This document shows, piece after piece, positions 9,792 to 19,990 of a DNA stretch of 64,000 nucleotides. The position numbers and the translations under genes were made by a program. The first letter of the stretch is position 1; each line of letters begins with the position of its first letter. The DNA is from an uncultured delta proteobacterium (GTDB lineage: Bacteria > Desulfobacterota > Binatia > UBA9968): contig CAVUZH010000003.1 in NCBI GenBank assembly GCA_963745835.1, forward strand, positions 544,001 to 608,000. Reading direction: 5' to 3'. Under the pieces are notes generated by a model. It ran no database searches, was not told where the DNA came from, and worked only from the letters and a program-made list of their open reading frames with translations.

Positions 9792-10183
9792 GTCGCTATG
9801 TTATCGACGCCTCCGCGGCCGTGGAGTACCTTCTTCGAACATCATTGGGGCTCAAAGTTGCTAACATCGTTGAAGATGGTCTCTTATTGGCCCCTGAGTT
9901 ATTGGATGTGGAAGTGCTCTCGGTTCTAAGACGCGCTGTATTGCGCCGGGAGGTTGACGAGCAGCGCGCATTGCGCGCCATCGAAGATCTTATGAGTTGG
10001 CCTATCGATCGTATTCCTCATACATCGCTCCTTTGGGCAGCATGGCAACACCGCACTAATGTGAGCGCTTATGATGCGTTTTATGTAGCGGCAGCAAGTC
10101 TATGTGACGCGCCGCTTATTACCGCGGATGGTCCACTTTCGCGTGCGCCTTCGCTTGGAATTGTGGTTGAGAACGTACGATAA
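9788..10183 (+). CDS. vapC: VapC-family PIN toxin
   Basis: VIDASA, APELLDVEV, SAYDAFYVAAA, LITAD. Confidence 0.9.
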   Translation: MSRYVIDASAAVEYLLRTSLGLKVANIVEDGLLLAPELLDVEVLSVLRRAVLRREVDEQRALRAIEDLMSWPIDRIPHTSLLWAAWQHRTNVSAYDAFYVAAASLCDAPLITADGPLSRAPSLGIVVENVR

Positions 10184-10348
10184 GCCGCGACTGGATCGGT
10201 GAGCCGCCAAATCGAGCCGAGAAAAGGCTTTTATGTCCTTCATCGTGGGGTCCAATTGCGCCCATATTCCGCCGGAAACGCTATCTGAGGCGGCGATAGT
10301 TAAGAAAGGCTCGAACTTGAATTCAGGCGTGCAGGTTAAGTGGACATC

Positions 10349-10368
10349 AAGATTCAAGACGCGACCCC
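10349..10368 (+). repeat. AAGATTCAAGACGCGACCCC repeat, copy 2
   Basis: Exact 20-mer shared with 13655-13674. Confidence 0.85.
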
Positions 10369-10379
10369 AACGCGCCTCA

Positions 10380-11324
10380 ATGATGTTGGCGGTGGGATTC
10401 TTATTATCTTTCGCCGTCGGCGGCTATTCTGCCGAGCTCAGAAAACTCAGCCTGGCGTATTCCACAGTAGGTCCGTCAGGAACCGGATTGTGGATGGCCA
10501 AGGAGATCGGTGCCTTTGAGAAATATGGCATCAACGCTGATCTGATTTTTATTTCTTCCGGCCCGGTGGTCGTTCAGGCGCTGATCGGCGGTGACCTTCA
10601 CGGCGGGTTGGCGGCGACCAATGCGGTGATATCGGCAGTGATGGCGGGTGCTCCACTGGTCTCGGTGATGAGTCTGGTTAACCGTCCCTACTTTCGACTG
10701 TGGGTACAGCCGGAGATTACCCGGATAGAGGATCTGCGCGGCAAGACTTTGGGCGTTTCCCGATTCGGATCCGTGACTGACAATCTGACGCGGATTTTGC
10801 TTCGCAAACAAGGGTTGGAGGGCGCGGTCAACGTGCGGCAAATGGGCGGCACGGCAGAAATGTCGGTCGCGTTTGGGCGCCGGCAAATTGCTGGCGCCGT
10901 CTTAGCGGTGCTGCGTGTGGATGCGCCGATGAGGATGCTCGTGGATCTGGATGAACTGGGGATCCAGTACTCCAACGTTGTGATTGCAGTACCTCAAGAC
11001 TTTTACCGCCGATCTTCACTGGCCGTGGAAGGAATGGTACGGGGGTATCTTGAAGGTGTCGCCGCGGTAAACCAACAGAAGGAAATGGCATTCAAGGTGA
11101 TCGCGAAATATACCCGCCTTAAGGAGCCGAAGTTAATCGAGGAACTTTATAACGACGCAGTTAAATTTTTGGATCGCGCACCACGGGTGGAACAAGAAGC
11201 GATTGCGCCGATTGTGGAATTCATGGGCAAGAAGCCCATTTCAGTCGACGCCATCGCCGATAATAGCATCATAGATAAGCTCGTGCGTGAAGGTTTTATC
11301 GATCGACTTTACAGGAAACGTTAA
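10380..11324 (+). CDS. NitT/TauT-family ABC substrate-binding protein (5' end possibly clipped)
   Basis: W.AKE.G.F.KYG, DLRGKTLGVSRFGS, DNSIID.L..EGFID.LY. Confidence 0.88.
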   Translation: MMLAVGFLLSFAVGGYSAELRKLSLAYSTVGPSGTGLWMAKEIGAFEKYGINADLIFISSGPVVVQALIGGDLHGGLAATNAVISAVMAGAPLVSVMSLVNRPYFRLWVQPEITRIEDLRGKTLGVSRFGSVTDNLTRILLRKQGLEGAVNVRQMGGTAEMSVAFGRRQIAGAVLAVLRVDAPMRMLVDLDELGIQYSNVVIAVPQDFYRRSSLAVEGMVRGYLEGVAAVNQQKEMAFKVIAKYTRLKEPKLIEELYNDAVKFLDRAPRVEQEAIAPIVEFMGKKPISVDAIADNSIIDKLVREGFIDRLYRKR

Positions 11325-11674
11325 GTGGACTTCTGCATCCACGCTCGTCGGGGTTCGAAAAACTCGACAGACAACCTCGCTTTGCCGACTGAACCCAAAC
11401 GATTTTCAATCGGTGAAGAGTTAGGTGAAAATCGTATAATCTGTCGTCTTGAAACATGTAGGGAAGACGTAGAACAATCAATGCTCGTACTATGCGTTGG
11501 TTGATCGCTAGGCTAAGTTCTAACTTGTTTGATCGTTTTGACCCTCACTTCCACGCTTCCGATCCTAGACTTGGTCAGTGTATAATCCGTCCCATGACTT
11601 GTTCAGGACGATATCTAAAGCGCTGTCACAGTCGACGTCCTTGAGTCTTGATAGATGAAAGGTTGCAGTTCCCT

Positions 11675-11914
11675 GTGAGTCCAACTGTCTTTCGTGTTAA
11701 AGGTTATCGATTCTTTTTTTTCTCTCGCGAGGAGTCCCGGATTCACGTGCACATATATTGCGGTGACGGCGAGGCAAAATTTTGGCTCGAACCTCAAGTT
11801 GAATTAGCGGTAAACTCGCGCCTGTCGCGTCGCCAGATCAAAGAAATCGAAGAAATCATCGAGGATCGTTACGATGAACTTAAGCATGCCTGGAACAAAC
11901 ATTTCTCCGGTTGA
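11675..11914 (+). CDS. DUF4160-family protein (TA-associated)
   Basis: PTVFRVKGYRFFFFSREESRIHVH...EAKFWL. Confidence 0.88.
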   Translation: MSPTVFRVKGYRFFFFSREESRIHVHIYCGDGEAKFWLEPQVELAVNSRLSRRQIKEIEEIIEDRYDELKHAWNKHFSG

Positions 11915-12134
11915 AATTACCCACATCTCAAGCCATGGAGTCTGGCTTTTGGCTAACGGTCACGAGTTGTTTATGTCGTATGATGACTTCCCATGGTTTA
12001 AGGATGTACCAGTAGGCAAGATTCTAAACGTCGAACAACCGACGCCGGGTCATTTTTATTGGCCCGATTTGGACGTGGATTTAAGCGAGGAGATCATTAG
12101 TCATCCCGAACGGTTTCCGCTGAAAGCAAAGTAG
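11886..12134 (+). CDS. DUF2442-family protein (partner of DUF4160)
   Basis: IS.HGVWLL...FPWFK...YWPDLDVDL...P.RFPL. Confidence 0.88.
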   Translation: MPGTNISPVEITHISSHGVWLLANGHELFMSYDDFPWFKDVPVGKILNVEQPTPGHFYWPDLDVDLSEEIISHPERFPLKAK

Positions 12135-12185
12135 GTATCGACCCGCATGATCACCGGTACTTCGTCGCCGTGCTAATGTTTATTC

Positions 12186-12419
12186 ATGGCCAATATTCAA
12201 GTTAAAGATATTCCCGAGAGACTGCACAATCAGCTTCGTCGCTATGCCCAGGAGAAAGGCTGCACACTTGGAGAGATCATTGTAGAAGCCATCAAGCGAG
12301 AGGTGTCGCGGCGGGAATGGCACAAGGGTTTGTTGAGCCGTCCGTCAACGCAGCTTCGAAGCTCGGCCGCTCAGTTGCTCGAGGAAGACCGCCGACAGCG
12401 CGACAGTGATGCTACATAA
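12186..12419 (+). CDS. Orphan second copy of the FitA-like RHH antitoxin
   Basis: Highly similar to 9558-9791 over its whole length; no PIN gene follows. Confidence 0.85.
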   Translation: MANIQVKDIPERLHNQLRRYAQEKGCTLGEIIVEAIKREVSRREWHKGLLSRPSTQLRSSAAQLLEEDRRQRDSDAT

Positions 12420-12511
12420 ACGCACCAGAGTGCTGGGGTGCTATACAATGCAGCGCAGTCGCGGTCAGAAGAAGCAATACTGGAAGGAGGTGGGGGCGTC
12501 AATAGAAGGTT

Positions 12512-12529
12512 AAGATTCAAGACGCGACC
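12512..12529 (+). repeat. AAGATTCAAGACGCGACC repeat, copy 3
   Basis: 18-nt match to copies 2 and 4. Confidence 0.8.
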
Positions 12530-12620
12530 GTCAAAGGACAATGAGCCGATGGCGCGGTTCGTGATGAATGATTCCATCTTTGCGAGACGCTCAGTGGCTA
12601 TTCATTAGTGCACATCAAAT

Positions 12621-13094
12621 ATGAACACGCTCACGCCATCAGTTGCTCAATTTGACGGCAGTTTGCTCCGCAGAGGATTTTGGGTTTACGTTGTCGAGAT
12701 AGCTAGCATGTCACGCAAGCACTATTATGTCGGCCGGACTGGCGACACTTCATCTCCATTTGCTTCGTCGCTCTTCGACCGACTTTCCGCACATCTTAAT
12801 CAAAAGCCATCTGCAAAAGGAAATTCGCTTTACAAGAGATTCCTAACGAGCTTGATTGCACCGAATGTATACCGTGTCATTTGTAACGGTCCGCAGTTCG
12901 AGCAGCAAGTAAATATGGCTTCGCACCGACCCTTGCGCGACCAAATGGCTGCTCTTGAGAGTCATGTCGCTGAACTTTTGCGGTCGCGACGCTACTCCGT
13001 CATTGGCGCGCATCCTCGCGCTAGACCAGCTGACGCAGCTCTTCTGGAAAGAGTGCTGCCAATTATCGATAAGCATTTTCCAGGTGCAGGCTAA
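12621..13094 (+). CDS. GIY-YIG-like nuclease-domain protein
   Basis: FWVYVV...YYVGRTGD, RL..HL, LE (candidate catalytic Glu). Confidence 0.6.
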   Translation: MNTLTPSVAQFDGSLLRRGFWVYVVEIASMSRKHYYVGRTGDTSSPFASSLFDRLSAHLNQKPSAKGNSLYKRFLTSLIAPNVYRVICNGPQFEQQVNMASHRPLRDQMAALESHVAELLRSRRYSVIGAHPRARPADAALLERVLPIIDKHFPGAG

Positions 13095-13119
13095 ACATGC
13101 CTGGCAGGGTCGTGAACCA

Positions 13120-13280
13120 AGGGTTGTGTTCTCTATTGTTGCGTCTTTTCGTTGGGCAATATGTACAATTTGCTGACCATCATAAATTCGTCTGTTCAAC
13201 CTCCTGCATAGCGGGTGACCAGCTTCCTCAAAAAGGCATGAATCTGATTTCTTGGGACAGATCTATCGGTGAAATCTAGG
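13120..13280 (+). repeat. Long degenerate direct repeat, copy A
   Basis: Shares ATCATAAATTCGTCTGTT, GCATAGCGG.TGACCA and TGATTT.CTTGGGAC blocks with 16605-16899. Confidence 0.75.
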
Positions 13281-13654
13281 CTAGATTTGAATGCTGACCA
13301 GCACGATAGAAGAAAGCGGACGGAAACGAAAACCTTAAGACATACAGACTGTCGCTCGACCATAAGAAATGGCTAACACGAAACCAGTTTCAGATCGTGA
13401 GGCACCAATAATGGGCCATAAAATTTAGTCCGCCGATCAGCCATATTAGATCATGAAAGAAGAGCATCGACAGCGGATGAAACAGATCGTGAGAGCTAGA
13501 TTGCCGATAGACGATCACGGCGCGGTTTTTCTAGGCAAGCCAAAAGCGATGAGAGGATCGATATAATTTGTACAAATCGGAAGATACGTTGTGGTTAGCG
13601 TGCAAGGAAAATCAGATTTTACGGGATTTTCGAAATCCGCTGATGGCCAACGTC

Positions 13655-13674
13655 AAGATTCAAGACGCGACCCC
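13655..13674 (+). repeat. AAGATTCAAGACGCGACCCC repeat, copy 4
   Basis: Exact 20-mer shared with 10349-10368. Confidence 0.85.
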
Positions 13675-13715
13675 AACCCGCAACTTTTGTCCTTCGAGCG
13701 GCGGCCCGCTGTTTT

Positions 13716-14475
13716 TTAGCCAATCTTCTTGACTCCTTCTCGCAACGTAATTTCAATTGTGCCGTCGGGTAGCTTCCTTTCGACATAGGGAGGCTCATAG
13801 GCGAAAAGTTTCCTGTAGAGGGCGGATGAGAATAAGACGCTGATGACTACAACGATAGCAACAACGACAAAGATTCCTGACTAAGAAGTCGGGCTCGGCA
13901 CAACGGATCAAAGTGTGCGCAACGGCTCATACCGGAGGCTCGCGATGGCACGTCCAACAAGGATGTAACGAGGAAAAACCCAACGATCAGCATGGACCAC
14001 CACTCTGCCTCGAATATTCTACCCACAGGGGAGCCTTTGGGGGGCTTCAGCCAAAGCAAGACCGGGGTGATGGCAAATATCCCCGCGGTGAACAGCAACC
14101 CGTAGGCGCACAGCATTGCGAGGACAATCACAGCTACGTATGCGACTGTCTCGACAGATCGATATATCCCCGCTGCCGCAAGCATCAGTATAGTAGCACG
14201 CACGAGAAACAGAGTGATTTTGAAGTCGACTTGAGCGAGGTGCCAGCGGCGCACGTCCCAGACTGCATGACGAAATCGATCGTGCATCGTGTCAGCGCGT
14301 AGATGATGCCGCAAGCTAGGATCAACGGTACTGAGGCATTAGATAGATCTACGGTGCCTGCCGGACCCGCGTCTAGCGATTTGACGTCTAACTGTGCTGC
14401 GGACCAAGCCAGGGCGATACCGCAAAGTACAGACGTGTTCCTCCTCGATCGACGGTAGGCGTCGGATATTTCCAC
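13716..14475 (-). pseudogene. Frameshifted multi-pass membrane protein
   Basis: RBS AGGAGG + GTG at 14475; hydrophobic segments pass through ORFs 14185-14475, 13847-14314 and a last frame GIFVVVAIVVVISVLF...GVKKIG* ending at 13716. Confidence 0.7.
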
Positions 14476-14782
14476 AATGGACCTCCTAAGGTCATGTAAT
14501 GTGTGTGTTAAGAATAGATACTAAACAAGCCGCACTTCTCAGCTGCCAAATTCGTCACCCAATGTGCATCGTCGCGGGTTAAAGCTCATCGTTTCGTCAT
14601 GAATTCGTCTTGACACTACCATAGCACAGCATACTTTACGCATCTGTTTTAACGCCGGGAAGATGTCGCCGCGACGGCCCGGTGAGTACTGTTCTGCCTT
14701 CGCGATATCGCATGCGACCGTCTGCCATTTCGCCACATCACGTGGCGTGCTGAAGCAACCAAGACTAAACTAGAGGCATCCT

Positions 14783-16569
14783 ATGGCCACACCGAGTCCA
14801 CTGTTAGCGCTGTTCAAAGAACAACTGGAAGCCGAGTGCGAATCGTTGGCAAAAAAGCATGGACTAAAGAACCGTGGCGATTTCTTGGTCTACTGGTATT
14901 TCATTCGTCTGTATGAGTTTACGGATGTAGAGGTTGAGGAAATAGCCTGCGACGGCGGAGGCGACTTGGGAATCGATGCGATATGGATCGATGATGAAGC
15001 ATTAGTTCATTTTTACAATTTCAAGAATCCCGAGGACCCAGCTAAGGGGTTCCCTGCTGGCGAAGTCGATAAGACGATTTCCGGCTTGCAAGTGATCCTT
15101 AGTAAAAAACATGACCAAATCGCCAACTCGGAGTTAAAGGCTCGGCTAGATGAAGTTTACCAGCAGTTGCCGAAGGGCTACCGAGTACACTTTATAACTA
15201 GCGGCGAAGGGATCTCACATGAATCCAAGGTAAAACTCGACGCCTTCGTCGATTCGCTCAAAGGGCCATCTAACAGCCTTGTTTCATGGGATGAACAGCC
15301 CCTAAGCCAGCTTCAAGAGCAGTTTTATCAACAGAGCCTTTGCGGTAAAGATCTTAAGGTTTCGGCTGCCAGCCGCGCCGTACATGTTGCGATCCGGCGT
15401 AGCGGATGCCAATCTTACATCCAGCGGCGAAATGCTTGCCGATCTTTATGGAAAGCATGGGGAAGGGTTGCTGCAACGCAATATCCGAGTTGATCAGCGC
15501 GAAACTGCTACGAACAGATCTATCGAAGCAACTTGTACGGGCGACGACTCGAAGAATTTTCTTCATTTCAACAATGGAGTGACCTTTCTAGGAAAGCGGC
15601 AGCCCAGTGATGACAAAGCCGCGTACTGAAAAAGCTCAGTGGTGAACTTCGGAGAAGGGGTTCACTATCTCGCAAAAAAGGGTCCCAAGAATGTCATCTT
15701 TTTTGGCAAGGGCTATCATTTTCAGCGGTGATAAGACTTTGAGAACAATGTCGCGGTGAATCAAAATAACCAGAATCCGGTAGGCACTGGCTTCTTGCGA
15801 TCGAATGACCAAAGAGTTGTTCAGCTCGACCATGCCCTCGCATCGCGTGGCTGGTATCTGGAGCGGAGAGAAGGGGAACTAAAGAGCGCCACACCTGAGG
15901 AACTTGAAACTATCCAGAGACGGATTGGTCATTCCTGTAAAAGAGAAAGATTCGGTTGAAAGACGGTGCTCAAGCTTATACCGCATCGTTCTATCAAAAG
16001 CGAAATCGAAAAAAAACCGAAGAAGATCTTCTTATCAGTCGAGGACGGGGGCAACTACGAAAGAATCTTTTCCGTTGATATGACAGCGGAGAAGATGATC
16101 ATAGCTCATGAGATTAAGACCGTCGTGGATGATTTTGTCCGAAAGTTCGCGGCCATCCGTCATAAACTCCAAACCTCGAAAAAATTCAAGCTGCAAACGA
16201 GGATGCTCTAGGAATGCAGTTTGGTACGCAGACCTCATCGAAGAGATCCATCAAGTCATGGCGCAGTGCTCGCTATTTCTTTGCGGAACAATCTTCAAGG
16301 ATCTGGTGGATTTACGGCGGAACGCTGCTTCTCTGATACCAGGTATTTTGAAGGATGAAGGAACCGCGCTGATTCAGGAGCATCTGCTCCATATTATCGA
16401 TTATGCCAAGAGCAACAAGGATAAAGCCGATAGAAGCTGGCCGGTCCTTCTTAAAAGCAATACTTTCTTTAATTATATCACAGCATACCTTGCAGGTGTC
16501 CGCGGATCGCCGACAGTATCCGGCTCGCGTCCCAATAAGGGAAAAAAAACGGACAGTAGAAAGAAATGA
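14783..16569 (+). pseudogene. AIPR-family (abortive infection phage resistance) protein, multiply frameshifted
   Basis: DGGGDLGIDAI, LLQRNIR, N.SI..T, F..FNNGVTF, NNQNPV...LRSND spread over five or more ORF pieces. Confidence 0.82.
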
Positions 16570-16604
16570 TAGATGTCATTTAGAACGGCAACGAGGCTGC
16601 CAAC

Positions 16605-16899
16605 GGGGTCAGGCTCGCTATTCTTGGTCTCCTCGAAAGCTGTCGGTATAATATTTTGATCCGCGGCGGAGGGCGCACGTGGCTTGCGCAATATACACAA
16701 TTTACAAACTGGAGATCATAAATTCGTCTGTTAACAAACCCCGCATAGCGGCTGACCACGTTCCACAAGAATGCACGGTTTCGATGCCGAAAGGCATTGG
16801 TGTAGGAGCAATCACTTGCGCCGTGAGTGAGCGAGATCGGATCTGTCCGCTTGTGATTTGCTTGGGACGGAATCTGTGTATGGATCGGTAAAACCTAGG
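16605..16899 (+). repeat. Long degenerate direct repeat, copy B; starts with an inverted GACCCC-type motif
   Basis: ggggtcaggctcgctattcttg (revcomp caagaatagcgagcctgacccc), then blocks shared with 13120-13280. Confidence 0.75.
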
Positions 16900-17056
16900 C
16901 GTGAGAAATTTCTGTTCTCTCGGCAATTTGTATGCTAACGAGCACGTTGGTAGAACCGGATCATGGAAACCAGATCGTGAGATGTAGTGTTATTGAGTCA
17001 GAGCATTCAGAAATCGGCTTAACGCTAAACGATGCGACTAACGATCGGAGGCAGAG

Positions 17057-18064
17057 ATGAATAGAGCGTTGCTCATTTCGGCAAGCTTCGTCCTAACGCT
17101 ATCCAGCACAGCCTTTGCTCAAGACGCAAAACTAATAGAGGCCGCCAAAAAAGAGGGAGGTAAAGTAGTGGTTTACGGCTCTCTCGATTCCGACACGGGA
17201 GACGCCATCGGCAATGCCTTTCTCAAGAAAACCGGAATCAAGATGGACTATTGGCGGGCGTCGTCGACCAAGGTCATGGATCGGGCTACGAGCGAATATC
17301 GCGCCGGCAAACCGCTTTTTGACGTGCTCATCAACAATGCCAGTCCAATGCAGATCCTTTTCAAGGAAGGAATTGTAGGCAAGTACGACTCTCCTTCGGC
17401 CAAAGGTTTTTCAAAAGATGTTATTGATCCTGAGTTGGGGCCTAGGTACCGCAATGTCGTCATTGGAATCATCTATAATAAAGACGCCATCAAACCAGCG
17501 GACGCTCCGAAATCTTTGGAAGATCTGGTGAAGCCTCAGTACAAAGGCAAAGTAGTTATGGCCGATCCGAGGCAACACACGACCACAACCCAGTGGCTTG
17601 CCAGCCTTCATAAAGTGATGGAACAAGAAAAGGCTGATAGGTTCATCCGCGATTTGGCAGCAACCAAGCCGGCGCTGGTGGAATCCTATATTCCGGCCGC
17701 GGAGCGGGTGATAACCTCAGAGACGCCTATAGCGATAGCTTTCGTCAGGTATGTTTTTCTTTACGGGCAAAAAGGAGCGCCGCTTGATTACGTGAGATTG
17801 GGGAAGATGTTAGGCGATGGACATCATATTGCGCCCAGCAGTAAGGCATCAAACCCGAACGCGGCAAAGGCCTTTATCGATTTCTTTCTGGGCGACGAGA
17901 GCATGGAGCTCATGACCAAAATCGGAGGCGAGTTCGTAAATCGCAAAGGCATCAAGCCGCCGTTACCCGATGCGGACAAGATCCAATTTGTAGAGATGCT
18001 CGATCTCGATAAAAACGCCTATCAAGAAAAAAGCAGGGAGTACGGAAAACTTTTTGGCAAGTAG
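17057..18064 (+). CDS. Extracellular solute-binding protein (AfuA type), paralog of 5970-6981
   Basis: EAAKKEGGKVVVYGS, YWRASS, PKSLEDL; RBS GGAGG. Confidence 0.9.
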   Translation: MNRALLISASFVLTLSSTAFAQDAKLIEAAKKEGGKVVVYGSLDSDTGDAIGNAFLKKTGIKMDYWRASSTKVMDRATSEYRAGKPLFDVLINNASPMQILFKEGIVGKYDSPSAKGFSKDVIDPELGPRYRNVVIGIIYNKDAIKPADAPKSLEDLVKPQYKGKVVMADPRQHTTTTQWLASLHKVMEQEKADRFIRDLAATKPALVESYIPAAERVITSETPIAIAFVRYVFLYGQKGAPLDYVRLGKMLGDGHHIAPSSKASNPNAAKAFIDFFLGDESMELMTKIGGEFVNRKGIKPPLPDADKIQFVEMLDLDKNAYQEKSREYGKLFGK

Positions 18065-18104
18065 TCGGCAGCTCGGCTCTGTGTTATTCCGCCGTGAGGA
18101 AACG

Positions 18105-18974
18105 ATGGATAAAGCCAAATATGTCACGCTAGACGGCATAAGAACCAGATATTTTGAGGCCGGAACCGGCGATAACCTCGTTCTTATTCACGGGGGAAAG
18201 TTCGGGACATTTTATAGCGCTTATCACTGGAGCTTGAACTTCCACGAGCTGAGCAAGCACTTTCATGTTTACGCATTCGATAAACTAGGAATGGGCGATA
18301 CCGATAATCCTCAAAGCGATGCGGATTATACAATGGCCGCAGTGATCGAGCACACCCGTGCCTTTGTACGAACTCTCGGGATTACAAACGTTACGTTGGC
18401 GGGCCATTCCAGGGGAGCTCTGCCGGCGGCGCGACTCGCGGTCGATCACCCCGAATTGGTTAAAGCCCTGATAATTTTTGACAGCAACACTCTCCCTGCG
18501 GAAGATGCGTCCCTGTCATATGATTTCTATACGAAATTGGAAGTTGGCGCGCCCACCGTTCCGGATCGAGAATTTATTCTCAGAGAGCCCATCGCCAACT
18601 CCTACTCGCATGACCACATCACTGAAGATTTCGTTCAAGAGATGCTGAGAATAGGCCGGCTCCCAAGGACGCGGGAGGCGCGAAAGAAGATGGAGCGTTT
18701 TCTGGATGAGGTGTTTCTTCCGAGTATGCGTGAAAAAAAGTATGAGACCCTGAAGCTGATTCAAGCCGGAGAATTAAAGGCTCCGACGTTGATCATCTGG
18801 GGCATCAACGATCAGTCCTCCCCCATGAAGCTGGGAATCGACTTACTTCACGTAATCAGTTCGGTGGTCGATAGGACCGAATTCCATGCATTTAATCATG
18901 CAGGTCATTATGTGTTCCGAGAACAGGCGAGACACGTCAATCGACTGATAATCGATTTTGTGAAGAGCTTATAA
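18105..18974 (+). CDS. Alpha/beta hydrolase (MhpC/BphD-like fold)
   Basis: LIHGG, GHSRG nucleophile elbow, WG.ND, AGHY..RE. Confidence 0.88.
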   Translation: MDKAKYVTLDGIRTRYFEAGTGDNLVLIHGGKFGTFYSAYHWSLNFHELSKHFHVYAFDKLGMGDTDNPQSDADYTMAAVIEHTRAFVRTLGITNVTLAGHSRGALPAARLAVDHPELVKALIIFDSNTLPAEDASLSYDFYTKLEVGAPTVPDREFILREPIANSYSHDHITEDFVQEMLRIGRLPRTREARKKMERFLDEVFLPSMREKKYETLKLIQAGELKAPTLIIWGINDQSSPMKLGIDLLHVISSVVDRTEFHAFNHAGHYVFREQARHVNRLIIDFVKSL

Positions 18975-19003
18975 ATCGATTTAACTCGTTTCCTGCAAAA
19001 CCA

Positions 19004-19990
19004 CTACTCGTACAAACTCTTGATAAACCCGCTGTCGTCGATGAATTTCAGGATACTAGAATCTACGAAGGAGCTTGGATCGGCGGCTTTTGCTTTGGGG
19101 TTATCTTTGGCCAGACTTTCCAACACGGTTTTGATTCCCGTCGGTGACGGGTAGGGGATCCGGTCGAAGTAGAGCTCGGCGTACTGATCGTAAGTCCGCT
19201 CGGCGTATTTTGCTTGATCCGCATCCATGCGCATCTTTTTAAGTATAATGCGCACGCTGTCCTTCTTATTCTTCTTGAAATAAGCGATCCCCTCGACGAA
19301 GGCCCTAAGGACCCGGGTCGCTTGATCGCGGTTAGAGCGCAGATAGCTTCGCGTCGACACCACCATGCTTTGGAGATAGTGGATATTCATCTTGGCGAGA
19401 TCGGCGATTACGCGAAAGCCATTATCCTCGGCGATGAAATAAGACGGATCGGTCAGCACCGCGCCATCCACTAATTTCTTTTGCAGGCTGATCAGCATGG
19501 TCGGCGAAGAGCCAACTTGGAGAATTTGCAGCTCGTCGGGACGAATCTTCCATACATCGAGCACCATCGTCAGCACGGCATGGGACGAAGAGCCGAACGT
19601 AGTAATCGCGATTTTCTTGCCTTTGATCGCTTCCGGGGTGTCGATCTCGGGCCGCACCAGAATTCGATGGACGCCTTTATTGTTCTGCGCCGCGACCATG
19701 ACGACGTCGGCGCCCTTGAGTGCCGACGTGATGACGGCGCCGCCCCCCGCGGTGGCGAACTGAATATCGCCGGCAAGCAATGCATTGACGCCGCGCGCTG
19801 CGCCGCCGCCGATGAAGATCGCTTCGGCTTCGATTCCATGCTTCTTGAAGAAGCCGCGCTCCTCGGCGACCCAGATCGCGCTGTTGGTCGGGCTAAATGC
19901 GCCCATGCCGATCCGAATTTTATCCAGACCCCAGACGTTTGCCGCAAAAGCGATCATGAGAACTGCTATGAACACACCCAGTTGAAACAT
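19004..19990 (-). CDS. NitT/TauT-family ABC substrate-binding protein
   Basis: Signal peptide, WVAEERGFFKKHG, KGKKIAITTFGS, D.SGFI..LY. Confidence 0.9.
   Translation of the reverse strand: MFQLGVFIAVLMIAFAANVWGLDKIRIGMGAFSPTNSAIWVAEERGFFKKHGIEAEAIFIGGGAARGVNALLAGDIQFATAGGGAVITSALKGADVVMVAAQNNKGVHRILVRPEIDTPEAIKGKKIAITTFGSSSHAVLTMVLDVWKIRPDELQILQVGSSPTMLISLQKKLVDGAVLTDPSYFIAEDNGFRVIADLAKMNIHYLQSMVVSTRSYLRSNRDQATRVLRAFVEGIAYFKKNKKDSVRIILKKMRMDADQAKYAERTYDQYAELYFDRIPYPSPTGIKTVLESLAKDNPKAKAADPSSFVDSSILKFIDDSGFIKSLYE

Noticed and set aside
13088-13130. attC after the GIY-YIG gene or after the membrane pseudogene
   Set aside because: No RYYYAAC...GTTRRRY pair with L boxes could be assembled
9341-13674. 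20-nt repeats as a CRISPR array
   Set aside because: Spacing is 1-2 kb with whole genes in between, and no cas genes are present
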